A stretch of DNA of 64,000 bases from an uncultured Gammaproteobacteria bacterium (GTDB lineage Bacteria; Pseudomonadota; Gammaproteobacteria; JACCXJ01). The DNA is taken from NCBI GenBank assembly GCA_963764725.1, contig CAVXTM010000015.1:313209-377208 (forward strand). The letters run 5' to 3'. The position numbers and the translations under genes are program-made. This document shows, piece after piece, positions 55,223 through 64,000 of this stretch. Under the pieces are notes generated by a model that was not told the DNA's origin, did not search any database, and saw only the letters and a program-made list of their open reading frames with translations. The first letter of the stretch is position 1. Every line of letters starts with the position of its first letter.

Positions 55223-56956
55223 ATGGACGGACTACTCTCCGGCAAGCTAACCTACGTCTTCCTCGTGTCCATTTTCGACGCGACGGTCCTCGCGCTCGCC
55301 GCGCTCCTATGGTTTCGCCGCTCGGTGCAGACGCTGATGCGCCGCCACGGGGCGAGCGGCACCGAGGCCGCAGGGATGCACCCGGAGCAATCGAGCGTGG
55401 ATCGTGCGGAACCGAGCACATCCACGGATCTAGCGTTCGCTTTGTTCGAGTCCGCAGACGACCAGTTCAGCGCGCAATCGCGTTCGATAGAGCTGGAACT
55501 GCCCATGCGCCGGCGCCTTCTGGCCGCTTACGGGCTCGGCGCTGCAGGCTACTCGCTTGTCATCACCGCATTCCAGTTGGGCGGGGAGGAACCGAGCCTT
55601 CCGTGGGTTGCCTGGCTCGGGCGTTGGTGGGAAAACGCATGGCCGGTGATACCGACGTTGGTCGCGCTGCTCGTACTGGATCGCCGCGCGATGGTTCGTC
55701 TCGTGGGCTGGTACCTTTTGATCGGCGTCGCGGCGGTGTCTTTCTTCACGCTCGCCGGCCAGGTGATTCGGGGCACATTCAACGCCGCGCCCATCACTAA
55801 CATGTATTGGCTGCTGGTGAGCCTGGCCTGGACGGTCTGGGCGCCGCTCACCCTCATTATGATCTCCGGCTGGCGGCGCGTCCGGGCGGTCATGCCGCTC
55901 GCGCTCGCCGGCACGCTCGCGTTCGGCTTTGCGCTGATGCTCTTCCGCGAAGGCATGGTATGGGTGTTCGACTTCGGTGCCTTGCGCTCCGCCATCCTCG
56001 ACCTCTCCGTGCTTACGTCCGTGAATGTGGTGTACTACGGGCTCTTTCTGCTGATGAGCCTTCCCGTGGGTGTGCTCGCGTGGATGCTGTTACGGATGCT
56101 GGCCGGTCGTTTCGAGCGCAAGCGCTTCAGCGACGTGCAACTGATCGTCGATTGCTGGTGGGCGATAGTCGCGGCCGAGCAAGCGGCCCTGCTCTCCAAC
56201 AAGCTCGGGCTGGGCGCGGTCGCCGGCGCAGTGGCAGCCTTCGCGGCCTACCGTATCATCGTTGCCCTCGCGCTTCGTTCGCGTATTCGCAGCGGGTTCG
56301 GGAAGCGCTTGCTGCTCTTGCGCGTGTTCGGCTACCAATCACGCACCGAGTCGCTGTTCGACAAGCTCGCGCAAGCATGGCGATTCCACGGGCCGGTGCA
56401 GCTCATCGCCGGCGTCGATCTCGCGAGCCGCACCGCGGACCCGGGCGATATATTGAGGCTGCTGAGCGGCGGCCTGGACATGCAGTACGTCGCGAGCGTC
56501 GAGGACGTCGGCGCGCGCATGGCGCGGCTCGATTACGAGCGCGACCCGGATGGGCGCTTTCGCGTGAACGACGTGTACTGCCACAACGACACCTGGCGGC
56601 CCGCGGTGCAGGCCCTGCTCGACTCGAGCGATTCTGTGCTGATGGACGTGCGCAGCTTCGCGCAGCACAACCAAGGATGCGTCTTCGAGCTGGAGCAGCT
56701 TCTACTGCGGCTGCCGACCGAGTCGATCGTGCTGGTCGTCGACAAGTCGACCGATCTGCGGCTTCTCGGCGCCACGCTGGAGCGCTCCTGGCGGGACGCG
56801 CTGCAAGCGGGACGCGCGCGCGGCGACGGCAAGCTTGCGCTCGTGCGCGTGGAGCGCAACAGCGCAAGCGAGCTTTCGGTGCTGATGCGGCGGCTTTGGG
56901 GCCTTGGCGAGCCGCGACGCGTGCTAAGCGCGCAGGAGCTTTCGACAGCGGCATAA
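55223..56956 (+). CDS. Polytopic membrane protein with C-terminal TIR/NDT-like alpha/beta domain
   Basis: About 9-10 hydrophobic segments, then LLLLRVFG..WRPAVQALLDSSDSVLMDVRSF..NQGCVFELEQL. Confidence 0.7.
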   Translation: MDGLLSGKLTYVFLVSIFDATVLALAALLWFRRSVQTLMRRHGASGTEAAGMHPEQSSVDRAEPSTSTDLAFALFESADDQFSAQSRSIELELPMRRRLLAAYGLGAAGYSLVITAFQLGGEEPSLPWVAWLGRWWENAWPVIPTLVALLVLDRRAMVRLVGWYLLIGVAAVSFFTLAGQVIRGTFNAAPITNMYWLLVSLAWTVWAPLTLIMISGWRRVRAVMPLALAGTLAFGFALMLFREGMVWVFDFGALRSAILDLSVLTSVNVVYYGLFLLMSLPVGVLAWMLLRMLAGRFERKRFSDVQLIVDCWWAIVAAEQAALLSNKLGLGAVAGAVAAFAAYRIIVALALRSRIRSGFGKRLLLLRVFGYQSRTESLFDKLAQAWRFHGPVQLIAGVDLASRTADPGDILRLLSGGLDMQYVASVEDVGARMARLDYERDPDGRFRVNDVYCHNDTWRPAVQALLDSSDSVLMDVRSFAQHNQGCVFELEQLLLRLPTESIVLVVDKSTDLRLLGATLERSWRDALQAGRARGDGKLALVRVERNSASELSVLMRRLWGLGEPRRVLSAQELSTAA

Positions 56957-56995
56957 CCCCAGCTCAAATCCGCGGCAGGCTCGCCGGATGTCATC

Positions 56996-57240
56996 TCAGT
57001 CGCTCTCGCGAAGCCAGGCCGGAATGTCTCGTTGGCCGTGCAGAACGCGCGAGACATCGATCTGGTAATCTCGCTCGACATAGAACACCAGATAGAGATA
57101 ACGCTTGACCGGCCAGCATCGCATCGAAGGGCTGGCAGGTTCAACTCTTGGGCATAGCGCGTCGAGCCAGTGCGGGATGACGTCCTATGTACCGGAAGGC
57201 CTGCTCGATAGCATCGACAAACGCCGATGCGGGCCTGCTC
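56996..57240 (-). pseudogene. ParE/RelE-family toxin remnant
   Basis: FVDAIEQAF..IGRHP..RYAQELNLP..WPVKRY.YLVFY..IDVSRVLHGQRDIPAWL. Confidence 0.72.
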
Positions 57241-57344
57241 GGCCCCCTCGTTTATGTTTCCGATCGCACCCGACGCGCCGGGCGATCACCTTCCACCCGA
57301 TGTCTTCGGCCCGCATCCAGACCCGATGCCGTTTTTCGTTCCGC

Positions 57345-57470
57345 AGTACTTCAAGACACGGGATGAAGCGAGAGCGGCAATCTTCGATTACATCGAATTG
57401 TTCTACAACCGCAAACGCATTCACCAGTCGCTCGGCTATCGCACCCCCGAGCAAGTTGAGAGAGAATGGG
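57345..57470 (+). mobile_element. IS3-family transposase C-terminal fragment
   Basis: FKTRDEARAAIFDYIELFYNRKRIHQSLGYRTP. Confidence 0.8.
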
Positions 57471-57501
57471 CACCCCCTGAGCCGACCATCCCGCTTGCCC
57501 A

Positions 57502-59079
57502 ATGACCCCTTTCAGCTGGAACAATCCATACGCCTGGCCGCGCAAGCCGGTGCTCGCGGCGAACTCGGTCGCCACGTCGCAGCCGCTCGCCGCGCAGGCC
57601 GGCCTGCAGATGATCGCCGCAGGCGGCAGCGCCGTCGACGCCATCCTCGCCACGGCCATCACGCTGTCGCTGGTCGAGCCGGTGTCGAACGGCATCGGCT
57701 CGGACGCCTACGCCATCGTCTGGGACGGCAAGCGCCTGCATGGCCTCAATGCCTCCGGGCGCTCGCCCGCGGGCTGGACGCTGGACTACTTCAAGGGCAG
57801 CAGCGCGATGCCCGCGCGCGGCTGGGACACGGTGACCGTGCCCGGCTGCGTCGCCGCCTGGGTCGAGTTGCACCAGAAGTTCGGAAGACTGCCCTTCAAG
57901 CGGCTTTTCGAGGCGGCGATCCGCTACGGCCGCGAGGGCTTCCTCGTCTCGCCGACGATCGCTGGCCAATGGGAAAAGCAGGTGCCCGAGCTGAAGGATC
58001 AGCCCGGCTTCGGCAAATTCTTCCTGCCCGGCGGGCGCGCGCCGCGCCCGGGCGAGCGCTTCAGATTTCCCGAGCATGCAAAGGTCTTAGAGAAAATCTC
58101 TCTTACAAGAGGAGAAGCGTTCTACCGCGGCGAGCTGGCGGAGAAGATCGAGGCGCACGCGAAGAAGCACGGTGGCGCCATGCGGGCGAGCGATCTTGCC
58201 GCGAACACGCCCGACTGGGTGACGCCGATCGAGATCGACTACCGCGGCTACACGCTGCACGAGATCCCGCCGAACAGCCAGGGCATCGTCGCACTGATCA
58301 CGCTCGGCATCCTCGGGCACTTCGACGTGCGCTCGCACGCGGTGGACGGGGCCGACAGCCTGCACCTGCAGATCGAGGCGACCAAGCTCGCCTTCGCCGA
58401 TGCCTGGCGCTATGTGGCCGACATCGACCACATGGACCTCCGGCCGCAGCAGCTGCTCGACCGGGAGTACCTGAAATCCCGCGCGAAGCTCATCGACATG
58501 AAGCGCGCGCAGGACTCCGGCCACGGCGTGCCTACGAGCGGCACGGTGTACCTCACCGCCGCCGACGCCTCGGGAATGATGGTGTCCTACGTCCAGTCCA
58601 ACTACATGGGCTTCGGCTCGGGCGTAGTGGTCGACGGCATCTCGATGCAGAACCGCGGCGGCACCTTCATCATCAAGCCGGGCCACCCGAACTGCGTCGG
58701 GCCGAAGAAGCGCCCCTACCAGACCATCATCCCGGGCTTCGTTACGCAGGACCGCAAGCCGGTGATGAGCTTCGGCGTCATGGGCGGCACCATGCAGCCG
58801 CAGGGCCACGCCCAGGTGATGGTGCGCATCGCCGACTACGGGCAGAGCCCGCAAGCCGCCTGCGACGGCCCGCGCTTCCGCGTCGTCCAAGGCGTGGAAG
58901 TAAGCGTCGAGGGCGGCTTCCCGGCGGCCTCGCTCGATGAGCTGCAGCGCCGCGGGCACCGCATCGTGACCGTGGACGACTCCAACCAGTTCGGGAGCGC
59001 CCAGCTTATCTGGAAGCTGGACGGAGGTTACTTCACCGCCAGCGACCCGCGGCGCGACGGACAGGCGGTGGGGTTCTGA
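57502..59079 (+). CDS. ggt: Gamma-glutamyltransferase family protein
   Basis: ATSQPLAAQAGL, TVPG, SG-TVYLTAAD (catalytic Thr), SDPRRDGQAVGF; very GC-rich. Confidence 0.93.
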   Translation: MTPFSWNNPYAWPRKPVLAANSVATSQPLAAQAGLQMIAAGGSAVDAILATAITLSLVEPVSNGIGSDAYAIVWDGKRLHGLNASGRSPAGWTLDYFKGSSAMPARGWDTVTVPGCVAAWVELHQKFGRLPFKRLFEAAIRYGREGFLVSPTIAGQWEKQVPELKDQPGFGKFFLPGGRAPRPGERFRFPEHAKVLEKISLTRGEAFYRGELAEKIEAHAKKHGGAMRASDLAANTPDWVTPIEIDYRGYTLHEIPPNSQGIVALITLGILGHFDVRSHAVDGADSLHLQIEATKLAFADAWRYVADIDHMDLRPQQLLDREYLKSRAKLIDMKRAQDSGHGVPTSGTVYLTAADASGMMVSYVQSNYMGFGSGVVVDGISMQNRGGTFIIKPGHPNCVGPKKRPYQTIIPGFVTQDRKPVMSFGVMGGTMQPQGHAQVMVRIADYGQSPQAACDGPRFRVVQGVEVSVEGGFPAASLDELQRRGHRIVTVDDSNQFGSAQLIWKLDGGYFTASDPRRDGQAVGF

Positions 59080-59118
59080 TGCTGAAAATCTGGGGCAGGA
59101 CCTACTCGGTGAACGTCA
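59079..59118 (+). pseudogene. Glutathione S-transferase 5' stub
   Basis: TGATG-coupled MLKIWGRTYSVNV, then an abrupt break. Confidence 0.55.
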
Positions 59119-59225
59119 ACGCCGGTTCGAGGTATCTTGGCCCCGCACTTCAGTTGGTATCCGCCCGCGATTAAGGTTCAATACTTGCTGTAGTAGCCGT
59201 ATCCACTACGAGGCAGGTGCGAGAC

Positions 59226-60236
59226 ATGCGAATCATGATCATGGGCGCTGGCTGTATGGGTGGCCTCATAGGCGGGGCACTGCAAAGCGTCGGGATGGCC
59301 GTAACTCTGGTGGACCGGGGCGAGCACCTGAAGCGATTGCAGACTCAGGGCCTGCGGGTGACCCGTCCGGACGGATCCGAGCTGCGCCTGCCATCCTGCC
59401 GTGCAATCGGCAACACCGCCGGCTGCGGCGCCCAGGAAGTTTTGATAATCGCCCTCAAAGCACACCAGATCCCTGCGGCCCTGGATACCATGGCGGAGCT
59501 CATCGGTCCGGAAACGACGGTCGTCTCGCTGCAGAGCGGCATACCCTGGTGGTACTTCCAGCTCCACGGTGGGCCACACGACGGTCGGGTGATTCAGGCA
59601 GCGGATCCGGGCGGACAGATCAGTGCCTGCATTGACCCACATCAAATCGTCGGTTGCATCGCCTACCCGGCCGCCATCATGGCGGCCCCGGGTCATATCA
59701 TCCATGTTGAAGGCAACCGGTTTCCGGTCGGCACGTTGGACGGTCGGGAGACCGAGCGCGTCCTCCACATCTCAGGGCTGTTTCAGCGCGCAGGCTTCAA
59801 GGCGCCGGTCCTGGAAGATCTACGCGCCGAGGTCTGGCTCAAAGCGATTGGCAATCTGAGCTTCAATCCGATCAGTGCGCTGACGCGGGCGACGCTCCTG
59901 GACATCTGTGATCATTCGGATACACGAACCCTCGCCAGAGAGATGATGGAAGAGGGCGAGAGCATTGCCAAGCGGCTCGGTGTCGAGCTTCGGCTGTCCA
60001 TCGAGCGACGTATCGAAGGGGCGCGGCGGGTCGGCAGGCATCGCTCGTCGATGCTACAGGATGCGGACAATGGCGAACCCATGGAAATCGATGCATTGGT
60101 AACCGCGATTGCCGAGCTTGGCGAGCTGACTGCGACCGACACGCCTGCCATACGGCATGTCCTGGCGCTAACACGCCTTCTGAATCAAGTCATCACCGAA
60201 GAGCGGGTGGGCATCGACAACGGAACCCGCACATAG
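59226..60236 (+). CDS. panE: 2-dehydropantoate 2-reductase family protein
   Basis: IMIMGAGCMGG, ALKAHQ, VWLKAIGNLSFNP, SSMLQD..EID. Confidence 0.85.
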   Translation: MRIMIMGAGCMGGLIGGALQSVGMAVTLVDRGEHLKRLQTQGLRVTRPDGSELRLPSCRAIGNTAGCGAQEVLIIALKAHQIPAALDTMAELIGPETTVVSLQSGIPWWYFQLHGGPHDGRVIQAADPGGQISACIDPHQIVGCIAYPAAIMAAPGHIIHVEGNRFPVGTLDGRETERVLHISGLFQRAGFKAPVLEDLRAEVWLKAIGNLSFNPISALTRATLLDICDHSDTRTLAREMMEEGESIAKRLGVELRLSIERRIEGARRVGRHRSSMLQDADNGEPMEIDALVTAIAELGELTATDTPAIRHVLALTRLLNQVITEERVGIDNGTRT

Positions 60237-60284
60237 TTACGACCGGCGAGCATGTGCTTACGCTTTAAACCTTTCTGGAGCTAA

Positions 60285-62310
60285 CCCGACTTAGCCGATT
60301 CGGGGGGTAGCGAGATCCTAAGTGATTGATATTACTCATAGGGACCCCGCTAGGTCTGCACTACAGGGCGGTGGCTGAGAACTGGGCTGGCGGTGATCTT
60401 GGGCGGCGGTTGGGCGGGGAGCTCGAGCGTGAGTTTGTCCAACAGCAGCTTCAGCTCGGGCTCAGGCTGGGTGTAACGGGTGAGGACAAGCTCCCGACCG
60501 TCGGTGGTCGGGATGTGCACATCGATCATCTGCACGGCGGCAAACTTCTCGATCACACTGCGCGGGGTCAACCCCGGCGCCAAGGGGTGCAATCGTCGAT
60601 TCAGCGTGACGTGCAGGCAGTAGGCGAGGAAGGCGATGAAGATGTGTGCCTCGATGCGTCTCTCGAGTTGATGGAAGATGGGACGGATGGCCAAATCGCC
60701 CTTGAGGTTCTTGAAGGCCTCTTCCACCGCCACGAGCTGCAGATAGAAGCTGCCACAGCTTCGCGGGATCGGTTTCCGTGAGATTGGTGCGCAGCAGGTA
60801 GCGACCCTCGCGCCGACGCAGCCTGTCGGAGCTTGTCACGGCGGAGCCGATAGCGGAACGAGGCCTCTTTTTCGGCGAGCTTGACTTCGACCAGACGCCA
60901 GGCGGACGGGGCCTTGGCGCGCGCGGCGCCGAGCTTCATCAACAGCGCCTCGCGTGTGAGGGTCATCGCCGAGAGTTGCTTCAGACGCGCCCACAATCGC
61001 TTGAGTTTCCGTCGGCGTATCGCCCGTTCCTTCGCCACTCGATCCCGGCTCTGCGCGTAGACATAGAGTTCCCCGTCCTGTGGCAGGAGCTTCACGTCCA
61101 CCCCGGGGCGTGCTTCCTGCCACGACTTGGCCAGCAAGCGCTTTCTCGAACCGACTCAGCCGCCCCTTGGGCGTGCCCACCAGGTACTGCACCGGGGGAT
61201 CGCTCTCGCGCATCTCCTGGAGCACCGCCTCGGTCGGGATCCCTCTATCCATCACCCAGATGCGCCGCGCGCGGCCATACTGCCGCTCGATACGTGCGAG
61301 GAAGTCGTGCAAGGTGGTATTGTCCGCGGTATTGCCCGCCAACACCTCATAGGCCAGCGGCAAACCCTCCGGGGTCACCACCAAGGCGATGACCACTTGC
61401 ACGCAGTCGGACCGCCTATCGCGCGAGTGGCCAAACCGGCGTTTGTCATCGTCCGCCTGCGGCGGATCGCACTCGAAATAGGTGCTCGTCAGATCATAGA
61501 GCAGCACGTCGAAGGAGACGTTGAAGAGGTCACGCCACCGATCCGTCAGGTGATCGAACACCGCGCGCTTGTGCTCGAGCAGCCGGTCGTGACACCGATA
61601 GAGCGTGTGAATATCGCACAGCGCCGCATCCGCACCGAGCAGATCCGCCAAGGCGCTGCGCCCAAACCACTCCCGATGGAGCCGCCACTCGCTGCCCGGC
61701 GCGAGCAGTCGGTAGGCCACCAGCACGAACAGCACCTGATCCCAGCGCGTGCCCTTGCGGCTCGGCAACAGCCGCTTCGGCCCAGAACTCATCCAACCGC
61801 AACTCCTCGCCACAACCACAGCGCCAACCAACACGCACCCCATTGCCGCGGCCGGCACAACCGCAACTCACGCAAGCCGCAGCCCGCACCACCGCCGCAT
61901 CCGGCACGCCAGCCCTTCACATCGATCTTCGGGGAATAGCGCGAGCGTCTGCGGGGCCTTCTGCGCCGTCTTCGAATACTTCAATCGATTTACGCCACGC
62001 CAACTCCTGCGAAGCGTTGATCTCCCCCAGATACAGCACGTGGCGTTGCAGCACCCGCCCGTCCGCAGAGGCGCTTGTTCTCGACGATGCTCCAGTAGCG
62101 GTGCTCTTTGCCGTCTTTCTTGCGGGTCGTCGCGCGTAGAAACATGACGGCCACTCATTATCCGCAGAATTCCTTTCTTGAAAACAAGCAAGGTCTTCAC
62201 TACAGCCATTTTTCTCCGATTTGTTGCGCCGCCGGATTTACAAAACAAATAGTTACAAATGGGGAAGTCGCCCCAAAGCCGGAAAACGAGGGCGAATCGG
62301 CTAAGTCGGG
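60285..62310 (-). mobile_element. IS1634-family element with frameshifted transposase
   Basis: LLYDLTSTYFE, GHSRDRRSD, VMDRG, VEEAFKNLK..RPIFHQ..RIEAH; perfect inverted repeat (TAA)CCCGACTTAGCCGATTCG at both ends. Confidence 0.93.
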
Positions 62311-62526
62311 TTAACTGCCGCCGGCGCCGGATAGCTCTTCAGCCAGACGTGAAAACGCCAGCGCCGTAACAACTCGAAAAACACTCCCAACTTCAGCATC
62401 CGTGCGCCCAATTTCTGCTTGAACCGCACCGCGGCGCGTTAGACACGAGACGGCTACGCTGTAGGGAAGTGGGGGAGAACCTCCCCTAATTCCCCTAGAG
62501 AGCCCGCAGTGGAATATCAGAGTGTC

Positions 62527-63439
62527 TCACGGCGACGGATGGATAGTTGTGCTTCTTGAGTAGTTGTTCGAAAATTTGAAGGTCGCGATGCTCGGCTCTA
62601 CGGTCGGTCCGACAGTGATCTCAGTGAGCGGCAACACCCCAGGAGCCCGCAGCGTGCAATATGGAATCATCACTCCGGATTCAGAGACTCGATAATTGAG
62701 TTTCGCGGGTTCGGCGAATTCCAAAAGTGCGATAGACCAACCGCCACTCCTTCTCCTCATGAAAGGCGGAACGCTTCAGGCCAATCAAGACAGTCTGCAG
62801 CCACTGAGTGATGAACGACAATAACTCGTACCAGTCCTCGTTCATGACCTCTTCGTCCAACTTTTCCAGATGAACGTAAATGGCCGTAAGAACGTCCTGC
62901 ACGATTTTTTCCTGTTCATCCTGTTCGTAGGACACCTTCATAAGGAGAAGCGGGCTGTTTGGAATGTAATTTTCCGTAGACCAGCGGCATCGAAGCCCAG
63001 CGAGTAGCCGGTAGTCCGCCCCAACCCGGAATAGGCTCGCCATTGCGAAAGCTGGTTCTCTGCCGCAGAAAAACAACACACGAAGACCGTGGAGTAACGC
63101 ATCAGAACCTTCACGATAGTGTGCGATTTCAAAAACTCGCGAAATCTTGTGTGGGGATCCATCTTCGCGAGCTTTTCGATCATCCTGGAATATCACTTCA
63201 CGTCCGAATTCGAGTTCGGTCGAATCGTTCACATACCACGCGTGAGTGGCCCACAGCTCACCAGTTTCGATAATACTCAGAGCCGCTTTCGGTGTCGTGT
63301 AGTGATAGAGGATCGGTGGAACTGGCTTGGTTGTCTCTGCAAACTCAGTATCGAGCGTCTTTATGAGAGCACGGTGCCGCTGAGTGAATTCAGCGATTCT
63401 CTCCGGAGTTAGCGGTTTCGGTGGTGGTCTTTCTTTCAT
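62527..63439 (-). pseudogene. DUF2971-domain protein, frameshifted
   Basis: LYHYTT..LWATH..ND..E, CCFS..LSQWRAYS, K...F.EE.EWR. Confidence 0.8.
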
Positions 63440-63485
63440 GACGTGCAGCGTGTGGCACCGATGGCACCCCCGCACCCAAGAACAC

Positions 63486-63513
63486 GTTAGCCCGGCAAAA
63501 GCGCCGGGCCAAC
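63486..63513. terminator. Terminator-like hairpin downstream of the tRNA fragment
   Basis: GTTAGCCCGGC-AAAAGC-GCCGGGCCAAC. Confidence 0.6.
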
Positions 63514-63527
63514 TTCTTTATCTTCAA

Positions 63528-63567
63528 TGGGACCGACCGGTCTCGAACCGGTGACCCCCTGCATGTC
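63528..63567 (-). tRNA. tRNA 3' half only (likely Val-GAC); att-site remnant, not a functional gene
   Basis: GAC-AT-GCAGG-GGGTC-ACCGG-TTCGAGA-CCGGT-CGGTCCC-A: anticodon, variable loop, perfect T-arm, acceptor 3' strand. Confidence 0.72.
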
Positions 63568-63687
63568 CTCGACGCCCCGGTTGTGGCCCAGATCCACCAC
63601 TTCCGCGCCTTGGGCTTGCAACAAACGCAGGATGATGCTGATCGCGGCGTAATGGCCATTGAAAATGGAGGTCGCGGTGACGAAGCG
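63566..63687 (-). pseudogene. icmF: Diverged duplicate of an icmF 5' segment
   Basis: Aligns to about 37010-37131 with substitutions (DGHD to NGHY); lacks the start codon and intergenic region. Confidence 0.85.
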
Positions 63688-63690
63688 GGA

Positions 63691-64000
63691 TCACCCGCCG
63701 GCAGCGGCGCGCTCGGCGCGCTTGCGTTGGTGTTCGTCGAGGAGCTTTTTGCGCAGGCGGATGGCCTTGGGGGTGATCTCGACCAGTTCGTCGTCGTCGA
63801 TGAATTCGAGCGCCTGTTCCAGATCGAAGCGGATCGGAGGGGTCAGGAGAATGTTCTCGTCGGAGCCCGCGGACGAATATGGTCAATTGCTTCGCCTTCA
63901 TGGGGTTGACGATCAGATCATTGGCGCGCGAGTGGATGCCGATGATCATCCCCGTATAGACGTCTTCCCCTGGACCGATCAACAGCCGGCCGCGTTCCTG
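63691..64000 (-). CDS. typA: Translational GTPase TypA/BipA, 3' part (continues beyond the window; small indel near 63870)
   Basis: [67 protein letters not shown]. Confidence 0.9.

Noticed and set aside
57105-58940. 611-aa ORF and other long overlapping ORFs (e.g. 55807..57108, 26741..27919, 50947..52017)
   Set aside because: Arg/Ala/Pro-rich shadow frames of recognised genes in GC-rich DNA.
62385-62445. Second attC-like sequence (CCCAAC...GTTAGAC)
   Set aside because: The internal palindrome is poor and no co-oriented cassette ORF precedes it.

Overview
A 64 kb accessory region from a GC-rich bacterium, most likely a proteobacterium. It is mosaic and rich in IS scars. Many genes carry 1-2 bp frameshifts, which could be real decay or long-read error. 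Left to right: (i) a minus-strand surface polysaccharide cluster (aminotransferases, GT2, sulfotransferase, flippase, large Ig/PKD/glycan-binding protein) preceded by a c-di-GMP-I riboswitch and a group II intron 5' remnant; (ii) a lipopeptide-type cluster (FAAL-ACAD, ACP, luciferase-like monooxygenase, C-A-PCP-TE NRPS, PPTase); (iii) flippase, ALDH, VapBC-like TA pair, an hsdM split by nested IS50-like and IS481 elements, and an intact short prokaryotic Argonaute whose Sir2-APAZ partner is 5'-truncated; (iv) parA-CHAD and icmF; (v) a ~26 kb island bounded by a duplicated typA-3'/icmF-5' segment and a tRNA-Val 3' half. The island carries a HigBA integron cassette with attC, czcCBA, TIR-domain proteins, several broken TA systems, ggt, panE, IS1634 and DUF2971. 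The most unusual signals are a 45-bp hairpin element inserted in frame, in opposite orientations, into two unrelated transposase genes, and an insertion element without terminal inverted repeats that encodes a Rep-like enzyme and sits at a CTAA site inside hicA. All family assignments come from motif recognition by eye; no database searches were run.
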